Source: an uncultured Nitrososphaerota archaeon (GTDB lineage Archaea > Korarchaeota > Korarchaeia > Korarchaeales > Korarchaeaceae). Taken from it: DNA of 64,000 nucleotides. Below, in pieces: positions 17,462 through 26,767 of the stretch (the first letter of the stretch is position 1; the number at the start of each line of letters is the position of its first letter). The DNA lies in NCBI GenBank assembly GCA_964594835.1, contig CAZQNA010000006.1, positions 64,001-128,000 of the forward strand, read 5' to 3'. The position numbers were made by a program, and so were the translations under genes. The notes below the pieces were generated by a model. That model saw only the letters and a list, made by a program, of their open reading frames with translations. It made no database searches and was not told where the DNA came from.

Positions 17462-17916
17462 GCCCCTCCCTCCACAAGGATCAGGGCCCCCTTCGAGGCC
17501 AGGGACCTGGCGGCCGCCATGACCGCCTCGGGAGGCAGGTTCAGCTCCCTGGAGGCCTCATCCAGGTCGAACCAGCCGCCGGTCCTGTGGAGGTACTCCA
17601 GGAGCCTCCGCTCGGCCTCAGTCGCGCTCACTCCAGATAGCCTCTCCACCTCCGCGGTGAGTTCCTCCACGATCTCTCGAAGCCTCTTGATCTCCTCCTC
17701 GCAGTCTCCCACCGGGGCAGGTGCATCGGCCGGGCGCCCCTCCTCCCCCGCCGCGGCCGGACCACCGGAGGCACCCCCTTCCCTCAGCCTCCGCAGCTCC
17801 GCCTCCAGCTGGGCCACCCTCTCACCCAGCTCGGCGACCTGTCCCTCCAGCTCCCTGATCCTCCTCCTGTACTTCTCGAGCAGGGCCGCGACGGCGGGGG
17901 AAAGTCGGAAGCTCAG
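17458..17916 (-). CDS. Coiled-coil plus C-terminal winged-HTH protein (probable CTG start at 17916)
   Basis: Frame extends upstream of the ORF-track GTG as LSFRLSPAVAALLEKYRRRIRELEG. C-terminus LLEYL...LDEASREL...LASKGAL. Confidence 0.7.
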   Translation of the reverse strand: MSFRLSPAVAALLEKYRRRIRELEGQVAELGERVAQLEAELRRLREGGASGGPAAAGEEGRPADAPAPVGDCEEEIKRLREIVEELTAEVERLSGVSATEAERRLLEYLHRTGGWFDLDEASRELNLPPEAVMAAARSLASKGALILVEGGA

Positions 17917-17919
17917 ATC

Positions 17920-20013
17920 TCACACCTCCTCAAGGGCTCCCTCCTCCCTCAGCGCCTCTAAAACCTTCCTGGCCAACCCCGGCGAGATCCCCAGGGCCGA
18001 GGCCAGCTCGTCGGGAGAGGCCCTTCCTCCCCTCTCCAGCATCACCTCTAGGGCCCTGACCTTCAGCCCCTCTATCTTGGATGCCCTGAGCCGGAGGGCG
18101 AGGGCTGCCGCCCCTATCACCGCGAGGGCTGCCAGCAGGACCTTCATCGCCGCGCCGACCGCCGATCCCGGTACCTCCACCGTAATCTCCTTGGAGGCCG
18201 CTGGGGACCCCTCCACCAGGAGGGTGACCGTCAGCACGTGAGTCCCCCTCTCCAATCTGAGCTCCGCTTCGAAAGGCACAGCCTCGCCCGTCAGGGTGAC
18301 GGGAATCGAGGTCAGGATCTCTCCACGTTCCGACACCCGCAGCTCGGCCTCGACGGTGAGGTCGGGGGCGGGGGGAGGGTTGAGCCTCACCTCCCCCCTC
18401 AGGGCCAGCTCCCCGGGCTGGGTGGACGAGTTGACTTCGAGGGAGGCTGAGTAGACCCAGACCCTGGCCTCGGCGACGGCGAGCGTATCGCCGTCGTACA
18501 CGAGCTCCACCGACAGCTCGTGAACGCCGGGCTCGAGTTCGAGCTGAACGTCCCTCTCGGCGTCGCCCGAGCTTATGTTCCAAGGCTCCTCCAGCAGGGC
18601 TCGACCCGCCTCGGACACCACGAGCTCGGCGGGGAGCGGCCACCTGGGGTCCGGGGCCGGGGTGAGCTCAGCCCTTACCCTCAGCCCGCCCGATCCAAGG
18701 CTGAGAACGGAGAGAGAGGCACTCTTTGGCGGATGGGGCAGGACCTCGACCTCCACGACCTGGGACGCCACCTCCTCGCCGCCCACTGTGGCCCTCAGGG
18801 TTAGGACGTGGTGCCCCGGGGCGAGGGGGGTCCCGAGGGGTATGTTGAGGGCTCCACCCGAGCCCGACACGGTCGCCTCGGCGGCCGCGACCTCAACTCC
18901 CCCCTCCAGCAGGCTGACCCTCACCGCCACCTGCTCCTGAAGGCTGGGGCTCACCGAGAGGTCCACGGTGACGTTGTCTCCGTACCTGGACACCTCGACC
19001 CCGGAGATCGAGATGGTAGGGCTCACCTTGACGAGGACGCTAACGCTCCAGGTGCCGACGGCCAGGGCCGAGGAGTCGGGGCTCCAGGCCAGCGACTCAA
19101 CCGGTTCGCCAAAGGTCTTCGACAGGACCTCCGTCCCGGTGGGCGTCACGACCAGGAGCTCCCCTCCGCGCCCACCCACGGCCAGCAGGGATCCGTCGGG
19201 GGCCCACTCCACATCCGAAACGGCCGATCCCACAGAGCCCGACCAGACCTCCTCTCCCGAGGGGGTGACTATCCTGACGACTCCGTCGCCCGATCCCGCG
19301 GCCAGCAGGTCGGTGGGCCCCCAGTCCAGGTCCTCAATGCCGGTCGAGGCCAGCCTCAGCAGGAGCACGTCCTCCTCCCTGATTACGGCCACCGTCCCGT
19401 CGGCCGACCCGGCGGCGAGGAGCCCGCCCTCGGACGCGGACAGACATGTGACCGTGGAGTCGAGCCCCGCGATCCTGCTGACGTTCTCCCCGAGCAGGAG
19501 GACCTCGTCCCCGACGGACGCGACCGACCGGTTACCCATCAGGGCCACGTGCGAGACGGTCCCGTTGAGCTCGAACCTCCTCAAGAGGCCGCCCGACGAG
19601 TTGAGGACGACCACCTCTGGACCGGCGGCCGCCGCCACGGTGTCCGGCCTAGAGGCCAGCTCCGAGACCGGCGCCGGCAGCTGAAGGGACCAGGCCCAAT
19701 CTCCGGAGCGCGTGTACGCCCTGACGAGACCGGAAGAGGTCGATGCCACTATCAGGGAGCCTACCCAGGTGACTGAGGTCACCGTGCTCCCGAGTCCCCT
19801 TGCCCAGAGCCCGGACCCGAACTCGCTGAACAGGAAGAGGGATCCCGTGCCGGTCCCGGCGGCCAGTTCCCCGCCGTCGGGGCTCCACGCCAGCGCCTCC
19901 ACCGAACCCCAGGCGCTCTTGCTCCAGGACTCCTCCAGCGTCACCGGACCCGCCGAGAGCTGAGCGGGCGCGATCAGCAGCAGCGTCAGGATCGCGGCGG
20001 CCGCCCTCCCCAT
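17920..20013 (-). CDS. Secreted WD40/beta-propeller plus Ig-like protein with C-terminal TM helix and short cytoplasmic wHTH
   Basis: Signal peptide, repeated V..LAWSPDG..LA.G units, beta-rich repeats, TM helix, then SPDELASALGISPGLARKVL. Confidence 0.8.
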   Translation of the reverse strand: MGRAAAAILTLLLIAPAQLSAGPVTLEESWSKSAWGSVEALAWSPDGGELAAGTGTGSLFLFSEFGSGLWARGLGSTVTSVTWVGSLIVASTSSGLVRAYTRSGDWAWSLQLPAPVSELASRPDTVAAAAGPEVVVLNSSGGLLRRFELNGTVSHVALMGNRSVASVGDEVLLLGENVSRIAGLDSTVTCLSASEGGLLAAGSADGTVAVIREEDVLLLRLASTGIEDLDWGPTDLLAAGSGDGVVRIVTPSGEEVWSGSVGSAVSDVEWAPDGSLLAVGGRGGELLVVTPTGTEVLSKTFGEPVESLAWSPDSSALAVGTWSVSVLVKVSPTISISGVEVSRYGDNVTVDLSVSPSLQEQVAVRVSLLEGGVEVAAAEATVSGSGGALNIPLGTPLAPGHHVLTLRATVGGEEVASQVVEVEVLPHPPKSASLSVLSLGSGGLRVRAELTPAPDPRWPLPAELVVSEAGRALLEEPWNISSGDAERDVQLELEPGVHELSVELVYDGDTLAVAEARVWVYSASLEVNSSTQPGELALRGEVRLNPPPAPDLTVEAELRVSERGEILTSIPVTLTGEAVPFEAELRLERGTHVLTVTLLVEGSPAASKEITVEVPGSAVGAAMKVLLAALAVIGAAALALRLRASKIEGLKVRALEVMLERGGRASPDELASALGISPGLARKVLEALREEGALEEV

Positions 20014-20079
20014 CGAGCAACCCGGATCTCCCTCATGTTAAGGGTTATCCGGCGCCGGCCTTCGGACCAGGGTCAGGTG

Positions 20080-20511
20080 TCAGGCGTCCGGGCTGTCCGC
20101 CTTCCTCACGTAGACTATGTCCCCCGCGACCTGATACCCGAGCTTCTTGAAGAGGTTCAGGGAGGGTTGGTTCCACCCCTCGATCAGGGCCGAGATCACC
20201 CGCGCCCCCCTCTCGTGGAGGACTCTCTCAGCCTCCCGAACGAGCGCCGAGGCGATTCCCCTCCTCCTGTAGTCCGGGTGGACCGCCAGCCGGTTTATCC
20301 ACCCCTTTCGACCGTCGAAGGTGGCTATCACAGCCCCTATCAGCCTTCCCCCGTCGTAGGCGCCGATGAAGCCCCAGGGGAACTCCTCCATCTGCCTCCT
20401 CAGGCTCTCCGGGCTGTCCCTTCCCCTCGGCTTGTGCGGCAGGCCGGCCTCCCTCCAGAGCATCAGGAGATCATCGACCTCCTCCCGCGTGATCCTCCGG
20501 AACTCGACCAC
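20080..20511 (-). CDS. GNAT acetyltransferase (YpeA-like)
   Basis: DGRKGWINRLAVHPDYRRRGIA and N.PSLNLFKKLGY motifs. Confidence 0.9.
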   Translation of the reverse strand: MVEFRRITREEVDDLLMLWREAGLPHKPRGRDSPESLRRQMEEFPWGFIGAYDGGRLIGAVIATFDGRKGWINRLAVHPDYRRRGIASALVREAERVLHERGARVISALIEGWNQPSLNLFKKLGYQVAGDIVYVRKADSPDA

Positions 20512-20721
20512 GGGTCATCCCCCTTCCTGCAAGTGGGTTAATTCTTTTCCCGCCGGCCCTGGTGGTGGCGAGAGGGTAGCCTGGTCTGTTGGGCCGACCT
20601 GGGCCTCCTTGAACGCGTTCGCCGCGTGTACTGGAGGTCGCCCCTCACCCCCTGCCCCCCTGCGTCGCGCCAGGGGTGCGTCTGTGACCGCCTATCTCCA
20701 CCGGAGTTCACATGCGTAATA

Positions 20722-20748
20722 TTAGCCCTACGGAGCTCCGTTGGCTAA
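20722..20748. promoter_or_regulatory. Imperfect palindrome upstream of the metal ATPase
   Basis: TTAGCC-ct-ACGGAGCTCCGT-t-GGCTAA. Confidence 0.45.
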
Positions 20749-20823
20749 ATTGGGCGTTATAGAAGGAGTTTTTCGCGAGTCACCGCTTATTTCCCGATCC
20801 CCACAGGCTGACTGGGAGAGGTC

Positions 20824-22680
20824 ATGAGCGATCGGGAGGGGGGCCGAGAGAGAGGTCACGATGGCTGGGAGAAGCCGATCTGGCTGGCGATATCAGCAAT
20901 GGCCTTTGGCTCGGCCGCCCTGCACTGGGCGGGGGTGGAGGGCCTCGAGACTTACACTCTGCCCCTGGTCATCGCAGTCATCGGTCTCCACACCCTGTAC
21001 GAGGTGACCTCGAGGCGGGAGCTGGAGATGGAGCACGGGGTGGCCGCCCTTATGATGCTCGTCGGTGTGATCACCCACCAACTGGGACTGCACGTTGAGG
21101 GAGAACTCGTTCTTGGCCTCTACGGAACGGCGGAGCTGCTGGAGCACTACGCCGTGGAGAGGGCGGAGTCGGGGATGAGGTTCCTGATCGAGCTGATGCC
21201 CCGCTCCGCCAAGGTCGTGAGGGAGGGGGAGGTCAGGGAGGTAGATCCCTCCGAGATCCGACCGGGGGACGCTATCCTCGTCGCGCGAGGTGAGAGGATA
21301 CCAGTCGACGGGCTGGTGGTCGAGGGCAGGGGAAGCGTGGATCAGTCCCTGGTGACGGGGGAGCCCCTCCCCGTTGAGGCCTCGGAGGGGAGCTACGTTT
21401 ACGCCGGGTCCCTGGTCGCGGACGGGTCTCTGGTCGTGAAGGCCCTGAGAGCGGGTGGAGATACCCTGCTCTCTAAAATGCTCACCCTAGTGAGCAGGTT
21501 CCGCCGGGAGAAGTCGTCGAGCGAGAGGCTCGTTCACCGCTTCTCTCGGGCGTACCTCCCAGCGATGCTCGCGCTGGCCCTCCTCTCGACGGCCTTCCTC
21601 GGGCTGGAGCGGTCGATAGTGCTCATAGCCGTGGCCTGCCCTAGCGCCTTCCTGGTGGCCGTCCTGGCGACGATGCTCACCTCTCTTGCGGCCTCGGCCA
21701 GGAGGGGAGTCCTCTTCAAGGGAACACCCCCGATGGAGCGGGCGGCCGATGTGAGGGTCGTCGCGCTGGACAAGACGGGCACCCTCACGCTCGGCAGGCC
21801 CGTGGTCAGGCGGGTTGCCAGTCTCGGGGATCTGGCCGAGGATGAGGTCCTCAGGGTCGCGGCCTCCCTGGAGCTCGCGTCGGAGCACCCCCTCGCCAGG
21901 GCCATCGTGGATGAGGCGAGGCGTCGGGGGATGAGGCTCTCGGTCCCGGGGTCGGTGAGGGAGTTCCCCGGGGCCGGAATCGAGGGCGTCGTCGACGGTC
22001 GTGCTGTGGCCGTTGGACGGCCGGGGTTCCTTAGGGGCAGGGGGATCGAGCCGCCCAGCGTCTCCTCAGGGGATATCGTGGTGCTGGTTGCGGTGGACGG
22101 CTCAGTCGCCGGCGCAATCGAGCTCGGCGACGAGGTTAACCCCGACTCGACGGAGGTGGTCAGGCGGCTCAGGTCGGATGGTCTACACGTGGTCGTGCTC
22201 ACCGGCGACAGGAGGGAGAGCGCCGAGCCGATCGTTCGGTCGCTGGGCGTGAGCGAGTTCTACGCCGACCTCACCCCCGAGGACAAGTACAGGATCATTG
22301 AGGGGCTGCGGGAGAGGTACGGCCCAGTCGCCATGGTGGGCGACGGGATAAACGACGCGCCGGCCCTGGCCAGGGCTGACGTGGGGTTCGCTGTGGGGGG
22401 CATCGACGCGGCCATCGAGGCGGGCGACGTGATCCTGGTCTCCGGGCTCAAGAGGCTGTCCTGGGCACTTCAGATCTCCAAGATCACCGTCTCCAAGACC
22501 TGGCAGAACCTCGCGATCATCCTCGCCGCCAAGCTCGCCGCCGCCCTCCTGGGGTTGGCCGAGATCATGCCCCTCTGGGCCGCCGTGGCCATAGGAGACG
22601 ACGGTGGACTCATCCTCACGTCGCTGAACGTGGTCACCGGCCTGAGGAGGGTGATGGCGACCGACGGCCCCCGCGGCTAG
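20824..22680 (+). CDS. Heavy-metal P1B-type ATPase lacking an N-terminal metal-binding domain (Zn/Cd/Co-like)
   Basis: TGEP, ACPSA, DKTGTLT, SEHP, TGD and GDGINDAPAL motifs. Confidence 0.9.
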   Translation: MSDREGGRERGHDGWEKPIWLAISAMAFGSAALHWAGVEGLETYTLPLVIAVIGLHTLYEVTSRRELEMEHGVAALMMLVGVITHQLGLHVEGELVLGLYGTAELLEHYAVERAESGMRFLIELMPRSAKVVREGEVREVDPSEIRPGDAILVARGERIPVDGLVVEGRGSVDQSLVTGEPLPVEASEGSYVYAGSLVADGSLVVKALRAGGDTLLSKMLTLVSRFRREKSSSERLVHRFSRAYLPAMLALALLSTAFLGLERSIVLIAVACPSAFLVAVLATMLTSLAASARRGVLFKGTPPMERAADVRVVALDKTGTLTLGRPVVRRVASLGDLAEDEVLRVAASLELASEHPLARAIVDEARRRGMRLSVPGSVREFPGAGIEGVVDGRAVAVGRPGFLRGRGIEPPSVSSGDIVVLVAVDGSVAGAIELGDEVNPDSTEVVRRLRSDGLHVVVLTGDRRESAEPIVRSLGVSEFYADLTPEDKYRIIEGLRERYGPVAMVGDGINDAPALARADVGFAVGGIDAAIEAGDVILVSGLKRLSWALQISKITVSKTWQNLAIILAAKLAAALLGLAEIMPLWAAVAIGDDGGLILTSLNVVTGLRRVMATDGPRG

Positions 22681-22784
22681 GGAAAGGGGGCGGACTCCCA
22701 CGGAATCGGGCGTCGGCCGTCAGGGCGAAGCGCTGGCTTCCCAGCCCGGTGCCATGCCACTCACTCGTCTGAGGGAGGTTGCGA

Positions 22785-25172
22785 CTAACTGGCCTCCAAC
22801 AATCCCTCGAGCGCCGCTGCGACCTCCTCAGGCGAAGACGCGGTGTAGTAGCTCCCCCCGGTCAGGTGGGCCATCAGCGCAGACACCGCGGAGCCCACGG
22901 CGAACGGGTCGTACCTCCTGGAGGCCATCGCCACGAATCGCCTGGCGTCGAACCGGCCGTCCTCGGAGAGGCTGAGCCTGTAGAGCTGGCCCGCCCCCTG
23001 GGGTGTTATCCTGTGGGCGGACGCCACGGGATCCGGGTTTATCACGGCGACCTTCAGCCCCTCTCTGGCCATCAGCTGGGCCGCGGCTGCGACGTCCTCG
23101 ATCGCCTGATGCCTCTGCACGTTGCTGACCGCGTGCTCCCTCCTCCCCCTCCTCCCCGTGAGGGGGTTGACCGGCAGGGGCACGTTGGGGTATCCGTCGG
23201 TCAGGACGATCACGAGGGGATCGGAGTCCGGGTCCCTCAGCCTCTCCGCCCTGGCGAGGGCAAGCGCGAGCATCAGACCTGACGCCAGGGGCGTGAGCCC
23301 GGAGACGCTGAGCCTGCCCAGGAGCCTCGCGACCTTCGCGACGTTCGTTGTCGGCGGGTGCACCACGAACGCGTCCATGTCCCTGAGGGCGACCACCCCT
23401 ATCCTGTCCCTCCTCGAGCTGAGCTCCCTGTACAGCCGGGACAGCGCCCTGGCAAACTCAATCCTGACAAGCGTCATCGAGTCGCTCAGGTCCAGGACTA
23501 TGATCGCCGTCAGGGGGACGTTCCTCTCGTACAGCTTCTCCCTGACATCCTCCGGCCTTATTCTCACCCTCGGTACCTCCTCCGCGGGCGACGAGCCGGC
23601 TGCGACCGCCGAAGCTATGCTGGCCGTCATGTGAATCGAGGCCGGCCTCCCCCTAGGGATCCTCCACCCCCTGACCCTGCCCCTCTTGACCTCCGGGTCC
23701 GTCTTGGTCCTCCCTCCCCTGGCCGACCTGCCGACCTCCTCCACCTCCAGTATGGGCAGGGCGATCCGCCCAACGGTGGGCACCACCTCAACGCTCTCCT
23801 CGGGGCCGAACCCCGTGACCACGGGACCGAGAAAGGGCCTCAGGAGCGCGCTGACCACGGCAGGCTCGGTGAGCTCGAACCTCGTTCTGGACAGCAGGTA
23901 TCGGTAGAGGGCGAGCGCCAGGGCCGACCAGATCAGCAGGATCAGCCTCTGCGTGGGGCTCGCCCCGGGAAAGAGGGAGGCGAAGGCCAGGCTCAGGGCG
24001 GCCAGGAGGGCCAGGAAGAAGGGAACCGACACCGGCACCGCCGGAAGCCTGATCCTCCTCTCCCCCCTCCCCTTACGCCCCCGCTCATCCTCTCCCCTCA
24101 GCCTGGACCCTCTCACCTTTCCCGCCCTCACCTCGGCCCTGGTTGCCTCGGAGAGCGCCTCCTCGATCTCCGCCTCGGTCGCGGGCTCCAGCGTCCCGCC
24201 GGCCCTGGTCCTGTGGGAGAGGGCAAGCTTCGCGGCGAGCCTGACGTGTTCCCAGTCTACCTCCAGTCTACCTTCTAGGGCGGCCAGGGCCCGAGAGGTC
24301 TCGTAGATCGCTATGTCTGGCCTCACTCCGTCCACCCTCAGCCTGTGGCAGAGCTCGGCTATCCCCCTGATCACCTCCTCGGGAACCCTCACCTCCGGCA
24401 GGATCTCCCTCGCCCTCCTGATCCTATCCCTGATCCTCTCCTGCTCCTCCCTGTACCTCTCGTAGAACCCGATGGGGTCGGCCCTGAACTCCGCGTTCCT
24501 CCTGATGATCTCCTCCCTCTCCTCCGGTGAGTAGTGCCCCGGGACAGTGACGGAGAGGGCCAGCCTGTCCAGGAGCTGGGGCCTCAGCTCCCCCTCCTCC
24601 GGGTTCATGGAGCCTATCAGTATGAACTCGGACGGGTGCTCGACCGAGATGCCCTCCCTCTCCACCACGTTAATCCCCGAGGCGGCGACGTCGAGCAGGT
24701 CGTCCACCAGGAAGTCTGGGAGCAGGTTGATCTCGTCCACGTAGAGGATGTTCCTGTTGGCCTCCGCCAGCACGCCGGGCCTGAACCTGATCCTCCCCTC
24801 CCTCAGGGTGGCCTCCACGTCCAGGCTTCCCACTACCCTGTCCTCGGTGGCGCTCAGGGGGAGGGTGACGATCCTCATCCTCCTCTTGCGGGTTGGGAGG
24901 GGGTTCTCCCCCCGCTCCATCCGCTCTCTGCACTCCCAGCAGAGGTTGGGCGAGCGGGGGTCGCACCCGAACCTGCAGCCCTCCACGACCTCGACCTCCG
25001 GGAGGAGGTCCTCCAGCGCGCGAACGGCCGTGCTCTTCCCGCTGCCCTTGGGACCCCTGACGAGGAGCCCCCCGATCTTCGGATTGACGACGACCGCCAG
25101 GAGGGCGAGCTTCAGCTCGTCCAGCCCGACCAGAGCGGCGAAGGGATACCTGAGCCACCCCCTCCCGGACAA
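22785..25172 (-). CDS. Chelatase-like (ChlI/ChlD) AAA+ ATPase-vWA fusion with an internal transmembrane hairpin
   Basis: YPFAALVG, GPKGSGKS, ATEDRVVGSLD, LYVDE, NPEEGELRPQLLDR; MIDAS DLSDS...TPL...TDG; two hydrophobic helices lie between the domains. Confidence 0.85.
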   Translation of the reverse strand: MSGRGWLRYPFAALVGLDELKLALLAVVVNPKIGGLLVRGPKGSGKSTAVRALEDLLPEVEVVEGCRFGCDPRSPNLCWECRERMERGENPLPTRKRRMRIVTLPLSATEDRVVGSLDVEATLREGRIRFRPGVLAEANRNILYVDEINLLPDFLVDDLLDVAASGINVVEREGISVEHPSEFILIGSMNPEEGELRPQLLDRLALSVTVPGHYSPEEREEIIRRNAEFRADPIGFYERYREEQERIRDRIRRAREILPEVRVPEEVIRGIAELCHRLRVDGVRPDIAIYETSRALAALEGRLEVDWEHVRLAAKLALSHRTRAGGTLEPATEAEIEEALSEATRAEVRAGKVRGSRLRGEDERGRKGRGERRIRLPAVPVSVPFFLALLAALSLAFASLFPGASPTQRLILLIWSALALALYRYLLSRTRFELTEPAVVSALLRPFLGPVVTGFGPEESVEVVPTVGRIALPILEVEEVGRSARGGRTKTDPEVKRGRVRGWRIPRGRPASIHMTASIASAVAAGSSPAEEVPRVRIRPEDVREKLYERNVPLTAIIVLDLSDSMTLVRIEFARALSRLYRELSSRRDRIGVVALRDMDAFVVHPPTTNVAKVARLLGRLSVSGLTPLASGLMLALALARAERLRDPDSDPLVIVLTDGYPNVPLPVNPLTGRRGRREHAVSNVQRHQAIEDVAAAAQLMAREGLKVAVINPDPVASAHRITPQGAGQLYRLSLSEDGRFDARRFVAMASRRYDPFAVGSAVSALMAHLTGGSYYTASSPEEVAAALEGLLEAS

Positions 25173-25238
25173 CGAGGGCCCCTCAGACTCAGCGGGCCGG
25201 CCCAGAATAAAACGCCGACCCTGGGCGCGGCAGGGGAA

Positions 25239-26702
25239 TCAGCTCCTGGGCGGCGGAGGAACCTCGATGGCGACGATCCTCTGGCCGTGGAACACCGGCC
25301 TTCCCGGGACCTGCGGGGCGGGAGACCCTCTGCAGACGACGAATATCTCCGCACCCTCCTCCGACTTCTCCGTCGCTCCTGCAGGAATCGCGGACAGCAG
25401 GTACTCGACCCAGTAGGGCCCGAGCCCCCTGCAGAACACCCTGACGTCCGACCCGGGCGGGACGACTTGGCCCAGGGCGACCAGGTCCGCGTAGGTGACA
25501 GGGTCTATCCTCGGGTGGACTGCGGCCACGGATCCCGGGACCTGGAGGGCGAGAGGGAGCAGGAGGACCGCGGCGAGGATCGGCCTGAGGGCGCCTCTGG
25601 CCAGCTGCCCCACGGCGACTCCAACCATCAGGGAGGAGGGAACGCAGGACACGAGGAGGAACCTCCACGCCCACTCCCTGAGCCCGAGCACGCTGGGCAT
25701 CAGCGTCAAGGCGCCGACCGCGAGGGCCGCCGAGACGGCGACCTCCCTGCCTGAGGCCCCCCAAGGATTGCCGTCCAGCTCCTTGCTTGAGAGAACCGCC
25801 AGTAGAACTCCCAAGGCAAGGTAGGCGATGAGGTACTCACTCCCAGGGATCATGAGGCCTGGAGGAGAGGGAGGCGGCTTCGGGGGAAGCGGCCCGCGGG
25901 GCGGCGCTCCGAGCGGGCCCTCACCCGCGGCGGAGCCGAGAAGATCCCTGAGGAAGGCGATTCCCTTACCCACGTCCGTGAAGAGCCACGGGAGGGACGC
26001 GGCCGCGGCCGCCGAGGCAGCCCACCCCGGCAGGACCGAGGCGGCCCACCTCAGGCCGATCCCTCCCCCACCGCGGGTCGGCCCGGGGCGGAGGGCCAGC
26101 GTCGCGAGGGGCAGGTACGCCAGCGAGAAGGCGACGGTGAGGGCGAAATCGAGGGAGTGCGTGAGGAAGGCCAGGAACGAGGACAGAGAGGACAGGAGGG
26201 CCGACCTCAACCAGTTTCCTCCGCCTGCGAGCGCCGAGTGGAGCCAGTACACGGAGAGGGCAACGAAGAGAATCCCAGAGGCGTTCTTCATTAGGTCTCC
26301 AGCCATCCTGAACATCTGGGGGGACAGGGAGAGGGACAGGGCGGCGGCGACGCCGGCGACCCTGCTGCCGGTGAGCCTCCTGACGAGCGCGTAGCTCGGG
26401 ACGGCCGAGAGCCCGCACATCACAGCCACGGTGATAGACACGCCGAGCCTGATGTCTCCGACAGCCCTGCTTGCCGCCGCGGCCAGGTAAAACAGGAGGG
26501 GAGGGTCCCCGTAGACCATCCCCGAGCCCGAGAGGATCGACCTCACCTGTATCAGGTAATAGGGCCCGTCCACTCCGGGCATGAAGTCCCACGAGAGGAG
26601 CGCGGCCAGGTGGGAGGCCGCGGCCCCGGCCGACGCGGCAATGGAGATGAGAGCATCCCTCCTGTCCAGTCCGCCCTCTCGCACACGAGCTCGAGGGGAC
26701 AC
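25239..26702 (-). CDS. Polytopic membrane protein, probable GT-C (PMT-like) glycosyltransferase
   Basis: TM1 followed by GVDGPYY...DPPL loop; about 12 hydrophobic segments. Confidence 0.6.
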   Translation of the reverse strand: MSPRARVREGGLDRRDALISIAASAGAAASHLAALLSWDFMPGVDGPYYLIQVRSILSGSGMVYGDPPLLFYLAAAASRAVGDIRLGVSITVAVMCGLSAVPSYALVRRLTGSRVAGVAAALSLSLSPQMFRMAGDLMKNASGILFVALSVYWLHSALAGGGNWLRSALLSSLSSFLAFLTHSLDFALTVAFSLAYLPLATLALRPGPTRGGGGIGLRWAASVLPGWAASAAAAASLPWLFTDVGKGIAFLRDLLGSAAGEGPLGAPPRGPLPPKPPPSPPGLMIPGSEYLIAYLALGVLLAVLSSKELDGNPWGASGREVAVSAALAVGALTLMPSVLGLREWAWRFLLVSCVPSSLMVGVAVGQLARGALRPILAAVLLLPLALQVPGSVAAVHPRIDPVTYADLVALGQVVPPGSDVRVFCRGLGPYWVEYLLSAIPAGATEKSEEGAEIFVVCRGSPAPQVPGRPVFHGQRIVAIEVPPPPRS

Positions 26703-26767
26703 CCCGTATTAACGGCCGCGAACGAAGGGTCCACCGCGGCCCCAAGCACTCCCGCCCGGAACGGGCT

